Under the pieces are notes generated by a model. That model made no database searches and was not told the DNA's origin. It was given only the letters and a program-made list of their open reading frames with translations. This document shows positions 10,089 through 19,137 of a stretch of 64,000 bases of DNA, one piece after another. Position numbers and translations under genes: made by a program. Where the stretch lies: positions 5,871 through 69,870 of the forward strand of contig JANPCZ010000120.1 in assembly GCA_031431215.1 (NCBI GenBank). Reading direction: 5' to 3'. How positions within the stretch are numbered: the first letter of the stretch is position 1; each line of letters begins with the position of its first letter. This DNA comes from Myxococcales bacterium (GTDB lineage: Bacteria > Myxococcota_A > Polyangia > Fen-1088).

Positions 10089-10252
10089 GGGCGAAGTCCT
10101 CCGTGGGGCGACCTGAAAACGAGCGCCGCTTATACCGCAGCCGACAGTCTCAGGGGCGAGAGAATTTGCCGCTGACATGCCGCGTCGCGCAGGGCTTTCC
10201 CTCCGCTGGCCTCGGGCTGTGTCACTGATGTCGAGCAGTTCGGCCTGGCACT

Positions 10253-10657
10253 TCAGTCCAACTTCAGCCGCGTGATACCGGGGACTCGATCGAAGCCGGC
10301 GTCGAATGTGGCGATGGTGTCGATGTCATGGTTGCGCATCAGCCCGGCGTGGACCGCGTCGCGAGCCGACAGCCCCGAGATGGCGAGTAAGAGCTCTTTC
10401 GCTTTGTCGGTGTCCGCGAGGGTCACCGGCAGCACGACCGGACAGATTTGCACGAACAGGTCGTAGACCTGCCCCGCGAGATCCATGCGGCCAAGCGCCG
10501 AGTAGCGATACAGGATTTCCTGAAGGACCTCGGTGCTCGTGCACGCGTCGACCTCGCCCGCGCGCACCCGATCAAGAAAACGCCGGCACGGGTCACGAAA
10601 CGCATGCTCCCGTCCGGCGACATACATTGGAATGTTCGAGTCGACGAATACCTTCAC
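10253..10657 (-). CDS. vapC: PIN-domain ribonuclease toxin (VapC)
   Basis: VKVFVDSNIPMY... begins a PIN fold with conserved acidic residues. GTG start overlaps the antitoxin stop (GTGA). Confidence 0.75.
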   Translation of the reverse strand: MKVFVDSNIPMYVAGREHAFRDPCRRFLDRVRAGEVDACTSTEVLQEILYRYSALGRMDLAGQVYDLFVQICPVVLPVTLADTDKAKELLLAISGLSARDAVHAGLMRNHDIDTIATFDAGFDRVPGITRLKLD

Positions 10658-10881
10658 GAACGCCCAGCCTCGATTTCCGCCAGCATCTGAGCGATGTCGG
10701 CGGTGGGCGCCCCGATCTGGGCGAGCTTGGCCACAGGATCGGCGGGTGCCAGGGGACCACTCAGGGCACTTTCCAGCGCGCGGCGCACCCACTCACCCTT
10801 CGAGACACGCGATCGCTGAGCGGCCTTGCGCACCCTGGCTTCCAGGGATGTCGGGATCAGCACCTGCAGACGATGACTCAT
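10654..10881 (-). CDS. vapB: Ribbon-helix-helix (CopG/VapB-like) antitoxin
   Basis: 75 aa. RLQVLIPTSLEARVRKAAQRSRVSKGEWVRRALE is an RHH motif. Lies immediately upstream of, and coupled to, the PIN gene. Confidence 0.6.
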   Translation of the reverse strand: MSHRLQVLIPTSLEARVRKAAQRSRVSKGEWVRRALESALSGPLAPADPVAKLAQIGAPTADIAQMLAEIEAGRS

Positions 10882-10924
10882 ATGAGCATGCTAACATACC
10901 CATGGGGGATGCTCTTGGTCGCCC

Positions 10925-13000
10925 TCATGACCGTGGCTGGGCCTCGGGTCGGGACGCGAAGTAGGCGACCACGGCGTCGGCGGCCTTGCGAGTCATGCCT
11001 GCGACGGCGGCCAGATCCTCCACGGACGCTTCCCGGATCTTCTTCAGGCTGCCGAAGTGGCGCAGTAGCAATTTTTGTCGGCCGTCGCCGATGCCGTCGA
11101 TCCGCGACAGTTCGGAGTGCAGGGTGCGCTTCTTGCGCTGCTGGCGATGGAAGGCAACCGCGAAACGGTGAGCCTCGTCGCGCAGCCGCTGCAGCACGAA
11201 CATTTCGGCGCTGTTGGGGCGGATGGCGATGGCGTCCTTTACGTGTGGCAGGAAGACGCGATCGGGCGCACCCCGCGTTCGGACCCCCTGGCCCTGGCGC
11301 GGCCCAGCGCGGTCCCACGGGATGTCGCCGGGGTCGGGGTCGGCGTCGGGGTCGGCGTCGGGCTGAGAAGCAGGCGTTTCTGCCGGATCGTCGCGCTCTT
11401 TCGCCAGTGCGACAATCGGCAGCCCCACCGTCGGGCGCGCATCGACACCCTGATCCCGCGCGGCCGCCAGCGCCATGCCAAGTTGCCCTTTGCCGCCGTC
11501 CACGACGATGAGATCGGGCAGCTTCCATGTACTGTTGTCGTCGCCCGCCGAGGCGGCCTCTGTGGCGCGCCGGAAGCGCCGCGACAGCACCTCGTACATC
11601 GACGCGAAGTCGTCGTTGTGCCGGCCGGACCCGCCGCCGCTGTGCTGGTCGCCGCGCTTCACCTTGAAGGTGCGGTAGCGGGTCTTGTCGGCCTTGCCAT
11701 CGACGAACACCACCATCGACGCGACGGTGTCGCTGCCCTGCACATGTGAGACGTCGTAACACTCGATGACCCGCGGCGGCCGCGGCAGTTTCAGGCGGCG
11801 CTGCAGCTTCGCCAGCATTTCTTCGGTGTCTTCGCGGGTGTTGCGGCGGCTGGCGAAGCTGGCGGCAGCGTTCTTGCGCGCAAGCTCGACAAGGTCACAC
11901 CTGCTACCTCGCTGGGGCACCAGCACCTCGACCTGCTTGCCGCGGAGCTCGCCCAGCCACTCGGCCTTGACCGCCGCGTCCGCGATTGCGAACGGCAACA
12001 GCACCTCGTCAGGCGGCGCGGGCGACAGGTCGTAGTAGAGGCCCAGGAACGACGACAGGATCTCGGCATCCGGAAATTCCTGGCCGGTGAACGAAAATCC
12101 GCGGCTACCGATCATCTTGCCGTCGCGGATCGACATCACGACGATCTCCAGCGCGGCGCCCTCGCGACGCAACCCGAACACGTCCTGATCGACGAAATCC
12201 CGCTGCACCATCCGCTGCGACTCAAGCGCTTGCTCCAGCGCCCCGATCTGATCGCGCACCATCGCCGCGCGCTCGAAGTCGGTGCTCGCCGCCGCATCCT
12301 TCATGCGAGCGCGCAGGCGGTTCAGCAATTCGTCGTTCTTGGCTTCGAGGAACAGCCGCACGTCGCGCACCGAATCCGCGTATTCCTCGGCCGGCACCGG
12401 CAGCACGCACGGTCCAGGACAGCGGCGGATTTGATACTGCAAGCATGGTCGCCGGCGGTTGTGCAGCACGTGATCGGTGCACGTGCGTAGCTGGAAGTGC
12501 CGGTTGACCACGCGCAGCGCTTCTCGGCAGCCGCTGGCCGAGTGGTACGGGCCGAAGTAGTGCGCGCCGTCCTCGCGGATCTTGCGCACCACCTCCAGAC
12601 GCGGCCACTCGCTCTTGGGGTCGAGCCGCAGCACCAGGTAGTTCTTGTCGTCGCGTAATTTGATGTTGAAGCGCGGCTGGTGCTGCTTGATAAGCGTGTT
12701 TTCGAGCAGCAGCGCTTCCTTCTCGCTGCGGGTGACCACGGTCTCGATGTCGGCCACCAGGCCCTCGAGCAGTGGCACGAAGTCACGGATGTCGCCCGTG
12801 TTGGGCTGGAAGTACTGGCGCACACGCGTGCGCAGGCTGGCGGCCTTGCCGATGTAGATGTACTGGCCGCGAGCGTCCTTCATCAGGTACACGCCGGGCT
12901 CGGTTGGCAGTCGGTCCAGGATCTCGGTCAGCGGCTTGACCGTTGGTATCTGCTCGGCGTCGCGCAGGTGCACGGCGGTCGAAGGGTCGCTCTCGGTCAT
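10925..13000 (-). CDS. uvrC: Excinuclease ABC subunit C
   Basis: GIY-YIG motif PGVYLMKDARGQYIYIGKA, then UvrBC-interaction, RNase H-like and C-terminal (HhH)2 regions. ATG 13000 preferred over the track's TTG 13012. Confidence 0.95.
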   Translation of the reverse strand: MTESDPSTAVHLRDAEQIPTVKPLTEILDRLPTEPGVYLMKDARGQYIYIGKAASLRTRVRQYFQPNTGDIRDFVPLLEGLVADIETVVTRSEKEALLLENTLIKQHQPRFNIKLRDDKNYLVLRLDPKSEWPRLEVVRKIREDGAHYFGPYHSASGCREALRVVNRHFQLRTCTDHVLHNRRRPCLQYQIRRCPGPCVLPVPAEEYADSVRDVRLFLEAKNDELLNRLRARMKDAAASTDFERAAMVRDQIGALEQALESQRMVQRDFVDQDVFGLRREGAALEIVVMSIRDGKMIGSRGFSFTGQEFPDAEILSSFLGLYYDLSPAPPDEVLLPFAIADAAVKAEWLGELRGKQVEVLVPQRGSRCDLVELARKNAAASFASRRNTREDTEEMLAKLQRRLKLPRPPRVIECYDVSHVQGSDTVASMVVFVDGKADKTRYRTFKVKRGDQHSGGGSGRHNDDFASMYEVLSRRFRRATEAASAGDDNSTWKLPDLIVVDGGKGQLGMALAAARDQGVDARPTVGLPIVALAKERDDPAETPASQPDADPDADPDPGDIPWDRAGPRQGQGVRTRGAPDRVFLPHVKDAIAIRPNSAEMFVLQRLRDEAHRFAVAFHRQQRKKRTLHSELSRIDGIGDGRQKLLLRHFGSLKKIREASVEDLAAVAGMTRKAADAVVAYFASRPEAQPRS
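11327..11365. repeat. Hexanucleotide microsatellite (GACCCC/GACGCC, about 6 units) inside uvrC; encodes PDADPDADPDPGD
   Basis: Read directly in the sequence: gtcggggtcggggtcggcgtcggggtcggcgtcggg on the plus strand. Confidence 0.8.
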
Positions 13001-13082
13001 GGCTGCGGCCAAGCATAGCCTGGCTCTTGCTTGCTCTACCCTTGCCGACGTCGGACGCCTGCGGTAGAGCGAGCCCGCTCCC

Positions 13083-13997
13083 TTGGTCGTCCCGCAAGCA
13101 GTCCCGGCTCACGCGCACGATGCCCGCCGCGCGAGTCTGACGCTGCTGGTGTCGGCGACTCTGTTCGCGGTGATGGCGCTGGCGGCGCGTGTGGTGTCGG
13201 TGCGCATCTCGGGCCCGCAGATCGCGCTCTTGCGTTTCGCCAGCGGCCTGGTGGTGGTGCTGGTGGCCGTGTTGATCGGCCGCGCCGTCATCAAACCGCG
13301 GCGCTGGGGTTGGCTCTTGGCGCGTGGGCTGTTCGGCGGCGTGGCGGTGTTCTCGTATTTTTCGTGCATTGAACACGCCGGCGTCGGCATCGCGACGCTG
13401 CTGAACTACACGGCACCGGTGTGGTCGCTGCTTCTGTCGTGGTGGCTCTTGCACGAGCGGCCGCGACCGCAGGCAGTGATCGCGCTGGCGGTAACCCTTT
13501 GCGGCGTGGTGCTGGTCGTCGGCGGCCGCGTGGCCGGGCTGCACGCCGGCTTCTGGGAGGGCGTTGGCGTATTCTCGGCGGTGTGCTCGGGCCTGGCGGT
13601 GACCTCCATCCGGGCAGTTCGGCGGCGCGCGGCTGACGGCCTGAGCGCGGAGAACTCGTGGACTGTGTTCGGCTCGTTCACGACCCTGGGCATCGTGGCG
13701 ACCTTGCCAGGCGTGGTCGGTCCGTTCGGCCACTGGGTGGCTCCGACCGGCACCGAATGGGCGTTGCTGCTGATTGTGGCCGCGACCAGCATCGTGGCGC
13801 AGATGTTGATGACCGATGCGCTAGAGCACGTCACCGCCGCGAACATGGGCATCATCCACCAGCTCACGGTCGTGATCGCGATGGTGTGCGGCGTGCTGAT
13901 TTTCGGCGAGCACATCACCGCCGCGTCGCTCGCCGGAAGCGTGATCACCGTGGCCGGCGTGGTGTGGACCACGCTCGCGCCTACGCGGCCCTCGTAA
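13083..13997 (+). CDS. EamA/DMT-family transporter
   Basis: About 10 hydrophobic helices arranged as two EamA-like halves. Confidence 0.75.
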   Translation: MVVPQAVPAHAHDARRASLTLLVSATLFAVMALAARVVSVRISGPQIALLRFASGLVVVLVAVLIGRAVIKPRRWGWLLARGLFGGVAVFSYFSCIEHAGVGIATLLNYTAPVWSLLLSWWLLHERPRPQAVIALAVTLCGVVLVVGGRVAGLHAGFWEGVGVFSAVCSGLAVTSIRAVRRRAADGLSAENSWTVFGSFTTLGIVATLPGVVGPFGHWVAPTGTEWALLLIVAATSIVAQMLMTDALEHVTAANMGIIHQLTVVIAMVCGVLIFGEHITAASLAGSVITVAGVVWTTLAPTRPS

Positions 13998-14042
13998 GTT
14001 GGCCCCTGGGGCCTGGCGCGTCGATCTGCTAGCGTTCGTCCC

Positions 14043-14816
14043 ATGATTCGTCGTCGCACTCTTCCGCTGTTTGGCGCTGCCTTCCTGTTCGTGTCTGCCG
14101 TGGCAACTGCCGTGGTTTCGGTGCACGCCGCGCCGCCAGTGGGTCGGCTGACCTGGTTCGGGCAATCGTGCTTCCTGCTGGAAAGCGCCATCGGCACACG
14201 CATCGTGATGGATCCGATCCCGTCCGGCCTCGGCTATCCGTTGCCCGAGGCGTTGCGGGCTGACGCCGTCACCATCAGCCACGAACACGCTGACCACAAC
14301 AACGTGGCGCTGCTCGCCAACAAGCCCAAGCTGCTGCGCGGCCTGACCGCAGATCGCAAGGGTTGGCTCAAGATCGACGAGAAGATCAAGGACATCGCCG
14401 TGCGCTCGGTGGGCGTGTACCACGACGAGAAGAAGGGCGCCGAGCGCGGCCTGAATGCGATGTTCGTGTTCGAGGTCGGCGGCGTGCGCATCGCGCACCT
14501 GGGCGATCTCGGCCACTTGTTGAGCGACCAGCAGCTGTCGGCGCTGGGTTCGGTCGACGTGGTGCTGATTCCGGTCGGCGGCTTCTACACCATCGACGCG
14601 CGCCAGGCGACGCGGGTTATCGATCAGATTCGCCCGAGGCTCATCGTGATCCCGATGCACTACAAGACCGATGTGTTGACCATCAAGGAACTGGCGCCGG
14701 TCGATGCCTTCCTCGAAGGTCGCCCGAACGTGCGGCGCGAGACCGGCAACAGCATCGCGCTTACCGGCTTGCGCGCTCGCCCCGCCGCCGAGGTGGTTGT
14801 GCTGAACTACAAGTGA
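14043..14816 (+). CDS. MBL-fold metallo-hydrolase, secreted
   Basis: Signal peptide. HxHxDH motif ISHEHADHNN plus downstream His/Asp ligands. Confidence 0.8.
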   Translation: MIRRRTLPLFGAAFLFVSAVATAVVSVHAAPPVGRLTWFGQSCFLLESAIGTRIVMDPIPSGLGYPLPEALRADAVTISHEHADHNNVALLANKPKLLRGLTADRKGWLKIDEKIKDIAVRSVGVYHDEKKGAERGLNAMFVFEVGGVRIAHLGDLGHLLSDQQLSALGSVDVVLIPVGGFYTIDARQATRVIDQIRPRLIVIPMHYKTDVLTIKELAPVDAFLEGRPNVRRETGNSIALTGLRARPAAEVVVLNYK

Positions 14817-14817
14817 C

Positions 14818-15384
14818 GTGACCAGCGTGGCGCCAAGCGCGACCGTTTTCCATTTCAAGATCGAGCTGTCCGACGTCGATCGTGGCGTCTACCAGCAGCT
14901 CGACTTGCGTGTCGCCCGGCACCCATCCGAGAACATGCGCTACCTGCTGACGCGTGTCCTGGCGTTTTGCCTGTGCCACGACGATGGCATCGCGTTCTCG
15001 AAGGGCGGCCTGTCCAGCCCCGACGAGCCGGCACTGACCATACGCGATCTGCAGGGCAACCTGCGGGCGTGGATCGAAGTTGGCACACCGTCGGCCGAGC
15101 GGCTGCACAAGGCCAGCAAAGCCGCGCCTCGGGTGATCGTGTTCACCCACAATGATCCCGAGCTGCTAAAGAAATCCGCGCGCGGCGCGACCATCCACAA
15201 GGTCGAGGCGATCACGGTCTGGGCGTTCGAACCGGCATTCCTTGACGTGCTGGCGGCCGCGACGGAACGGACGTCCGGGTGGCAACTGGTTCACACCGAG
15301 GGCCAGCTCTACGTGACCATCGACGGGACCAGCTTCTCGGGCGTCGTGACCGGTCACTCGCTCGCGGCGGAGCGAGCCGGCTGA
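14818..15384 (+). CDS. yaeQ: YaeQ-family protein
   Basis: FHFKIELSDVDRGVYQQLDLRVARHPSE matches YaeQ. GTG start 2 nt after the upstream stop. Confidence 0.8.
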   Translation: MTSVAPSATVFHFKIELSDVDRGVYQQLDLRVARHPSENMRYLLTRVLAFCLCHDDGIAFSKGGLSSPDEPALTIRDLQGNLRAWIEVGTPSAERLHKASKAAPRVIVFTHNDPELLKKSARGATIHKVEAITVWAFEPAFLDVLAAATERTSGWQLVHTEGQLYVTIDGTSFSGVVTGHSLAAERAG

Positions 15385-15397
15385 GTCGCCTGCGCGC

Positions 15398-16444
15398 TCA
15401 ACCGCCGCGCTCGACGCGGCCATCAGCGTGAATGGCGAAGCGGCCTTCGCTGCGGGGGTGGACCGGATCGTCGCTGGGCCAGGGCCAGCCACCGAACTGC
15501 GTGCGCTGGTAATCGACGAATGCTTGCTGAATTTCGGCGCGCGAGTTCATCACGAACGGACCGTGCTGCGCCACCGGCTCGCCGATCGGCCGCCCCTGCA
15601 GCAAGAGTAGCTCGGTCTCATCGCCGCCGTTGTCCAGCGCCAGATCGGCGTCGGCGCGCAACTCGACACCATGGTTGGGCGGGATGGCTCGTTCGCCGAT
15701 GCGCAGGGCGCCGCCGCGAAAGAAATACAGCGTGCGGTTGCCGCCGCGAGCCCCCGCGGGCAGGGTCCATTGGGCACCAGGGTCCATCTTGATCATCCAG
15801 ATTGCGACGTCGGTGTCAGGGCGGGCTGCCCACGATCTTGGCGGCGGCGATGGCGGCGCCGGAACGCCAGCAAGCTTGCCGGCCACGATGGTGACCACTG
15901 TGCGCTTGCCCGCGGCGTCGGTGGCGACGTGCGCGGGCGTGTCGCGGCTCCAGAGCATCGAGAAGTGCGGCTCAACCAGCTTGTCGGCGCTGGGCAGGTT
16001 GAGCCAGATCTGGAACAGCTCAAGCGGGTTGTCGCCCTGGCGGTCCAGTAGGGGGAACATTTCCGAGTGGACGATGCCCTTGCCGGCCGTGAGCCACTGG
16101 ACATCGCCACCGCCGAAGCGAGCGGTGGCTCCGAGCGAGTCCGAATGATCGATGAGCCCGCGGCGCACGATGGTCACCGTCTCGAAGCCGCGATGCGGAT
16201 GCTGGGGAAAACCGGGCACGACGGCTCCGTGGTACATGCGCCACCCGTCCTTGCCTTCGAAATCCTGGCCCAGGTCGCGGCCCGCGAGCGATGCCGCCGG
16301 CCCCATGCGTTCATTACCCGCCGGATAGCGATCGTCGTGATGGACACAGAACAGGAACGGATCGGACGTCGCCCACGGAAACCCGAGCGGCCGTACCGCC
16401 CTCACCGGATCATCATTCACGGTGTCCGGCTCGACGCTTGGCAA
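15398..16444 (-). CDS. Pirin-family (bicupin) protein
   Basis: Cupin metal motif HPHRGFETVTIVRRGLIDHSDSLG and a second cupin half. Confidence 0.85.
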   Translation of the reverse strand: MPSVEPDTVNDDPVRAVRPLGFPWATSDPFLFCVHHDDRYPAGNERMGPAASLAGRDLGQDFEGKDGWRMYHGAVVPGFPQHPHRGFETVTIVRRGLIDHSDSLGATARFGGGDVQWLTAGKGIVHSEMFPLLDRQGDNPLELFQIWLNLPSADKLVEPHFSMLWSRDTPAHVATDAAGKRTVVTIVAGKLAGVPAPPSPPPRSWAARPDTDVAIWMIKMDPGAQWTLPAGARGGNRTLYFFRGGALRIGERAIPPNHGVELRADADLALDNGGDETELLLLQGRPIGEPVAQHGPFVMNSRAEIQQAFVDYQRTQFGGWPWPSDDPVHPRSEGRFAIHADGRVERGG

Positions 16445-16445
16445 G

Positions 16446-16973
16446 CTAGCGGGTCTTCTTCAGTGTCACGCGCACCGTCTTGGCGGCGTCGGACTGGAAT
16501 TCCTCGACCATGGGCGCGTAGCCCTCCGCCATGGCGGTGACCTTGTGGGCGCCGCCGCGCGGGATGCGTGCCGGGTTGGAGGGCATCGGGACGCCGTCGA
16601 GCATGAGCTGCGCGGACACGCCCTTGGGTTTGACCTCGACCGTGATCAGGACGGCGTCGTCCATCTCGAGCGCACGGTAGGTGACAGGCTTGGCCGGGGC
16701 GGGTGCGGCGACCTTGCTGGCCAGACCCGCTGCCTGCCCGAAGACGTCCATCTTCTTGAGCACGATGACCGCCACGCCCAGCGAACCCAGCACGGCGAAG
16801 CCAACGACAAGGAGCGTGACTAGCCCACCGCCGGGCTTCTTGTACTTCACCGGTTTGCGGGCCTGCGGCAGAAACGCCGGGCCATCGGGCATTGCGGCCG
16901 CCGACGTCAGGGACGGCCGATCGATCGAATCGCCAGGCGAATGGCCAGGCGAATCGCCAGGACGGGTGGGCAT
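16446..16973 (-). CDS. PEGA-domain membrane protein
   Basis: Trimmed to ATG 16973. One TM helix then a C-terminal PEGA-like beta-sandwich (GVSAQLMLDGVPMPSNPARIPRGGAHKVTAMAEGY). The N-terminus carries a PGDS/PGHS tandem 12-nt repeat. Confidence 0.55.
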   Translation of the reverse strand: MPTRPGDSPGHSPGDSIDRPSLTSAAAMPDGPAFLPQARKPVKYKKPGGGLVTLLVVGFAVLGSLGVAVIVLKKMDVFGQAAGLASKVAAPAPAKPVTYRALEMDDAVLITVEVKPKGVSAQLMLDGVPMPSNPARIPRGGAHKVTAMAEGYAPMVEEFQSDAAKTVRVTLKKTR

Positions 16974-16993
16974 GGGGCGATTGTAGACGACAG

Positions 16994-17593
16994 CTAGTTT
17001 TTGGGTGTCAGTAGTTCGTGCGCGTACTTTTCGATCTCCTCGCGCGTGATGTCGCCAGTGAGGCTGCGGCGCAAGGTGCCCTGTCGATCGTACAAGAACA
17101 CCGCCGGGATCGAGCCCTCCCACTTGGGATCGATGCTGGCTATGAAAGTGTCGGGATCGTCGATCTTGACGATCTGGTTGTCGAGCGCCGAGCCGGCCCG
17201 CTCGCTTAACAGCTGCCCGACCCGCCGGGCGGCCGCCGACGTGGGATCGTCGAGCGCCACGGACACCAACGCGATGCCCTTGCCACGCAGCGCCCGCGCT
17301 ACCTGGCCTATGAGCGGCAGCTCCTCCAAGCACGGCGCGCACCAACTCGCCCAGACGTGCAGGACCACGACGCGGCCGCGGTGCCCGGTTAGTATCTTGC
17401 GAAGATCGCCGTTGCTGATGATGCTGGCGGCGCGGTACCGAGCGGCTTTCGCCGCCTTCGACGACCTGGCCGGCGTGGTCGGTTGGGCAGCAACCGTGCT
17501 GATTGCCGCTTCTGCCGGAACCACCTGGATCGTCGCCGTCGCGACAACTGCCGTCAGTGCCAAACGCGCAGCCCCTGCTTGAAGTGCGTTCAT
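16994..17593 (-). CDS. TlpA/ResA-like periplasmic thiol-disulfide oxidoreductase
   Basis: Trimmed to ATG 17593 with a signal peptide. CxxC active site WASWCAPC. Confidence 0.75.
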   Translation of the reverse strand: MNALQAGAARLALTAVVATATIQVVPAEAAISTVAAQPTTPARSSKAAKAARYRAASIISNGDLRKILTGHRGRVVVLHVWASWCAPCLEELPLIGQVARALRGKGIALVSVALDDPTSAAARRVGQLLSERAGSALDNQIVKIDDPDTFIASIDPKWEGSIPAVFLYDRQGTLRRSLTGDITREEIEKYAHELLTPKN

Positions 17594-18171
17594 CCCTTGC
17601 CAGCCAGCGCCGCGCCGATGGCGGGCGGAATGTAGTTTCCTGCCGATACGATGAATTTCAAGGCCTCCTTGGCTCCCACCGGCAGGATCAGGCACGCGTC
17701 GAGCCGCACGAAGTACAGGCGCCCGGTCAGCGGGTTGGGCGAGCCCGGTACGAACACGCAAACCGAATCATCGCTGCCTTCGATCGGACGACCGGTCGAG
17801 AAGCCCAGCATGCGAGCACGCCCTGACTCATCAGGGATCAGCATGACTTGCGCGAACATGCCCACGTCCATGTCCGGTGCGACCGCGACCTGCTTCCAGG
17901 TCTGGTAGAGATCGCGAAATCCGGGCAGTCGCCCCAGCAGCCAGTCGACGAAACGCAGCAGATAGCGCCCGAGCAGGCTGGTCACGAACACGCCCAGCAC
18001 ATAGATGCCGACCAGACCCAGCGCGACGCCGACAAAGGGGGTGCGGACCTCGAAGATCGAGCGCACCTGCGCGTCGACGTACCAGAAGATGAACGCCGTC
18101 ACCGCAAGCGGGATGGCCGCCAGGGCGCCGGCGAGGAACTTGCTCTGGAAATGTGTCTTGATCCGTCCCAT
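17590..18171 (-). CDS. DUF502-family membrane protein
   Basis: Trimmed to ATG 18171. MGRIKTHFQSKFLAGALAAIPLAVTAFIFWYV matches the DUF502 signature. Its stop abuts the tlpA-like start. Confidence 0.7.
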   Translation of the reverse strand: MGRIKTHFQSKFLAGALAAIPLAVTAFIFWYVDAQVRSIFEVRTPFVGVALGLVGIYVLGVFVTSLLGRYLLRFVDWLLGRLPGFRDLYQTWKQVAVAPDMDVGMFAQVMLIPDESGRARMLGFSTGRPIEGSDDSVCVFVPGSPNPLTGRLYFVRLDACLILPVGAKEALKFIVSAGNYIPPAIGAALAGKG

Positions 18172-18288
18172 CGGGTGGCCGAGCTGTGACTGCTTCGAGT
18201 TCTTGCCTGCGCCATCATAGATGAAGCACGCGGGTAGGGCACCCGACCGGCTGGCGTCGATCCACGCACCGATCACGGCAGGCAGCGA

Positions 18289-19137
18289 TCACGCGTCGCG
18301 GACCAGAGTCGTACCGGCGGCACCTGGTGTGGCGAGGCAAAGCGCGATCTCGTGCGGCGCGACGATTTGCACGCTGCCCACGCCGGCTGCGAGCGGTGCA
18401 AAGGCTTCCTCCAATTTCGCGATCATCCCGCCCTGAACGACGCCCGCCGCAATCGCGGCGCGGGCCTCGTTGATGGTCAGCCGCGGGATAAGGGTCGCCG
18501 GATCGTCCTTGTCCCGGCGTACGCCGCCGACCGCTGTGACCGCGACCAGTGCTTCCGCCACCAGCAGGGTCGCAAGCTGGCTTGCGGTCATATCAGCGTT
18601 GATGTTCAGGACCTGGCCTTCGGGCGACAGGCCCATGCACGACAGCACCGGGACACGGCCCGCGGCCCACAGGGTTTCGATGAGCGGCATATCGAAGCCG
18701 GTCACGTCACCGACCAGGCCAAGGTCGACTGGATCGGGACCCGCGCTTGGCAAGGGCGCCGGGGCGCGCCGCCGGGCCGCGATCACGCCGCTGCCGGCGT
18801 GCAGGCCGATGGCGTCGACGCCCACACCGCGCAGTGCCGCGGCGAGGTCCACGTTGAGGCGTCCGGCGATCACCATCTTCAGCACGTCGAGCGTTGGCTC
18901 GTCGGTCACGCGTCGTCCGGCTATCTGGGTGGTGGGCAGCCCCAGCTTGGTCGATAGGGCGGTCACCTGTGCGCCCCCGCCGTGAACGATCACGAAGCGG
19001 CGCGGCCGCAGGTTGATCGCAGCGAGCAACGCAGCGGCGACGTTCGCCAGCCGCGTACCTTCAAGCACGTCGCCGCCCAGCTTCACCACCACCGCATCGG
19101 GGTGGGGCGCCGGCTTGTCTGACGAAGCGACGGTCAT
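18289..19137 (-). CDS. argB: Acetylglutamate kinase
   Basis: Amino-acid kinase fold with VVVKLGG N-terminus. The 406-aa ORF's N-terminal extension overlaps argC in another frame, so I trimmed to ATG 19137, which abuts the argC stop. Confidence 0.85.
   Translation of the reverse strand: MTVASSDKPAPHPDAVVVKLGGDVLEGTRLANVAAALLAAINLRPRRFVIVHGGGAQVTALSTKLGLPTTQIAGRRVTDEPTLDVLKMVIAGRLNVDLAAALRGVGVDAIGLHAGSGVIAARRRAPAPLPSAGPDPVDLGLVGDVTGFDMPLIETLWAAGRVPVLSCMGLSPEGQVLNINADMTASQLATLLVAEALVAVTAVGGVRRDKDDPATLIPRLTINEARAAIAAGVVQGGMIAKLEEAFAPLAAGVGSVQIVAPHEIALCLATPGAAGTTLVRDA

Noticed and set aside
11327-11365. Possible CRISPR or other non-coding repeat arrays (also 49200-49560, 54480-54600, 51389-51412, 42817-42864)
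   Set aside because: All repeats are in-frame coding microsatellites or Gly-linker repeats inside genes. No repeat-spacer architecture is present.
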